From an uncultured Gemmatimonadales bacterium (GTDB taxonomy: Bacteria; Gemmatimonadota; Gemmatimonadetes; Gemmatimonadales; GWC2-71-9): a stretch of DNA of 64,000 bases. The stretch covers positions 482,514 through 546,513 of the forward strand of contig CAVOSV010000001.1 of assembly GCA_963698975.1 (NCBI GenBank). Reading direction: 5' to 3'. The stretch's first letter is position 1, and each line of letters begins with the position of its first letter. The notes beneath the pieces were generated by a model. That model ran no database searches, was not told the DNA's origin, and saw only the letters and a program-made list of their open reading frames with translations. A program made the position numbers and the translations under genes. Shown here piece after piece: positions 62,908 to 64,000 of this stretch.

Positions 62908-64000
62908 CCGGCTCGTCGAGCTCACCCGGGACGCCAGGTTCAGTCATGGCTCGAAGGTCCAGGATCTCCTCTAATTCCGTTCCCTTCAAAATTCCTTTCT
63001 GGATCACCAGCTCTTTTACCGTGAGGCCGCTTTCCACTGCTTCCTTGGCGAGCTTGGCCGCCTCGCCGTAGCCGATGCGCGGGGCCAGCGCGGTGACCAG
63101 AGCCGGGCTCCGCTCCAGCCAGTAGCGGCATTGCGCCTCATCGGCCTGAATTCCATCGATGCAGCGCTCGGCCAGAACCGCAGTCGCGTTCCCCACGATG
63201 AACAGCGCGAACAGGATGTTGTGCGTGATCACCGGCATCATCACATTCAGCTCGAGCTGCCCCGCCTCGGTGGCTAGCCCCACGGTAGTATCCAGCCCCA
63301 GCGCCTGGTAGCAGACCTGGTTCACCATCTCGGCGATGGAGGGGTTAACCTTGCCCGGCATGATGCTGGAGCCCGGCTGGACCGGCGGGAGAAGAATTTC
63401 TGCCAGTCCGGTTCGGGGACCTGACGCGAGCAGCCGGAGGTCGTTAGCGATCTTGTTCAGATCGAGCACGTACGCCCGAAGGGCCCCGCTGAAAGTGGCA
63501 AAGTCGCCCATCGACTGCATCAGCTGAATCAGGTCGCGTCCGGGCCTGAGCTGCATGCCGGTAATACGGGACAGTTGCTTGACCATCAGCTCGGCATACT
63601 CCGGCTCGGCGTTGAGACCGGTGCCCACGGCCGTCCCCCCGATGTTGAGCTCGCGCAACCAATCCGCTGCCGCCTCCAGCTTGTCCCGATGGCGCTGAAC
63701 CGTGCGGCCGTAGGCGGTGAACTCCTGGCCCAGCCGGATCGGGGTGGCATCCTGCAGATGGGTGCGTCCCGATTTGATGATGTGATCGAACTCTTCGCCC
63801 TTGGCCAGGAGCGACGTCGCCAGCCGGTCGAGCGAGACCAGGGTTCCCGAGAGCGTGGCCAGAGTTGCCAGCCGCATCGCGGTGGGGATCACGTCATTGG
63901 TGCTCTGCGCCATGTTGACGTGATCGTTCGGATGCACCGGCTGATAGGTTCCCCGCGCTGAGCCCAGGAGCTCGTTGGCCCGGTTCGCCAGTACCTCATT
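62885..64000 (-). CDS. aspA: Aspartate ammonia-lyase / class II fumarase family, C-terminal ~371 codons (gene runs off the window end)
   Basis: The frame is open to position 64000 (NEVLANRANELLG...VHPNDHVNMAQSTNDVIPTA). The signature loop GSSIMPGKVNPSIAEMVNQVCYQALG looks closer to AspA than to FumC (which has ...KVNPTQCEA). Confidence 0.75.
   Translation of the reverse strand, partial: NEVLANRANELLGSARGTYQPVHPNDHVNMAQSTNDVIPTAMRLATLATLSGTLVSLDRLATSLLAKGEEFDHIIKSGRTHLQDATPIRLGQEFTAYGRTVQRHRDKLEAAADWLRELNIGGTAVGTGLNAEPEYAELMVKQLSRITGMQLRPGRDLIQLMQSMGDFATFSGALRAYVLDLNKIANDLRLLASGPRTGLAEILLPPVQPGSSIMPGKVNPSIAEMVNQVCYQALGLDTTVGLATEAGQLELNVMMPVITHNILFALFIVGNATAVLAERCIDGIQADEAQCRYWLERSPALVTALAPRIGYGEAAKLAKEAVESGLTVKELVIQKGILKGTELEEILDLRAMTEPGVPGELDEPVRQPGGR

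Overview
GC-rich (by eye, not computed) bacterial chromosomal segment from a diderm. The Tol-Pal, BamD, LptD-like and TatA/TatC proteins, and the general look of the proteins, suggest Gemmatimonadota or a related lineage; this is inference only. The window is almost entirely housekeeping. I call about 62 protein genes, one tRNA-Leu(CAG) and five hairpin/terminator structures. Only three genes (ppiD, rpmB, a metallophosphoesterase) lie on the + strand; the rest are on the - strand, many joined by 4-nt start/stop overlaps. Content in coordinate order:
- pilT (partial), accB, efp, aroQ, ppiD, tatA, a polyprenyl synthase, hutH
- a tolQ-tolR-tolA(TonB-type)-tolB-pal-cpoB operon ending in a TatC::LptD-like ORF
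- ssb, rimI-tsaB-tsaE-uvrB, radC-rel-EVE, secA-nadD, bamD plus two TPR proteins
- nucleotide-sugar genes (UDP-GlcA epimerase, ugd, WbpA/E/D-like, gmd/rmd) interleaved with murB and carB
- a shortened alpha ribosomal operon (rpmJ-rpsM-rpsK-rpoA-rplQ), pyrF/pyrD, an amidase, smpB
- a CysO::MoeZ-rhodanese / Mec (JAMM) / CysM sulfur-carrier cysteine cluster with an Rrf2 regulator
- an uncharacterised nucleotidyltransferase, a metallophosphoesterase, aspA (partial)
I saw no CRISPR array, rRNA, transposase, integrase or obvious defence island. I do not see a convincing wholly new system. The points most worth a second look are:
1. the in-frame TatC::LptD-like fusion at the end of the tol-pal operon
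2. the Ubl-E1-rhodanese fusion next to a JAMM protease and CysM
3. a local cluster of apparent +1 frame disruptions (pepP and a TPR gene) between 1.7 and 4.8 kb
Gene starts are approximate because the ORF track uses alternative start codons. Functional calls rest on motifs I recognise in the translations, not on database searches.
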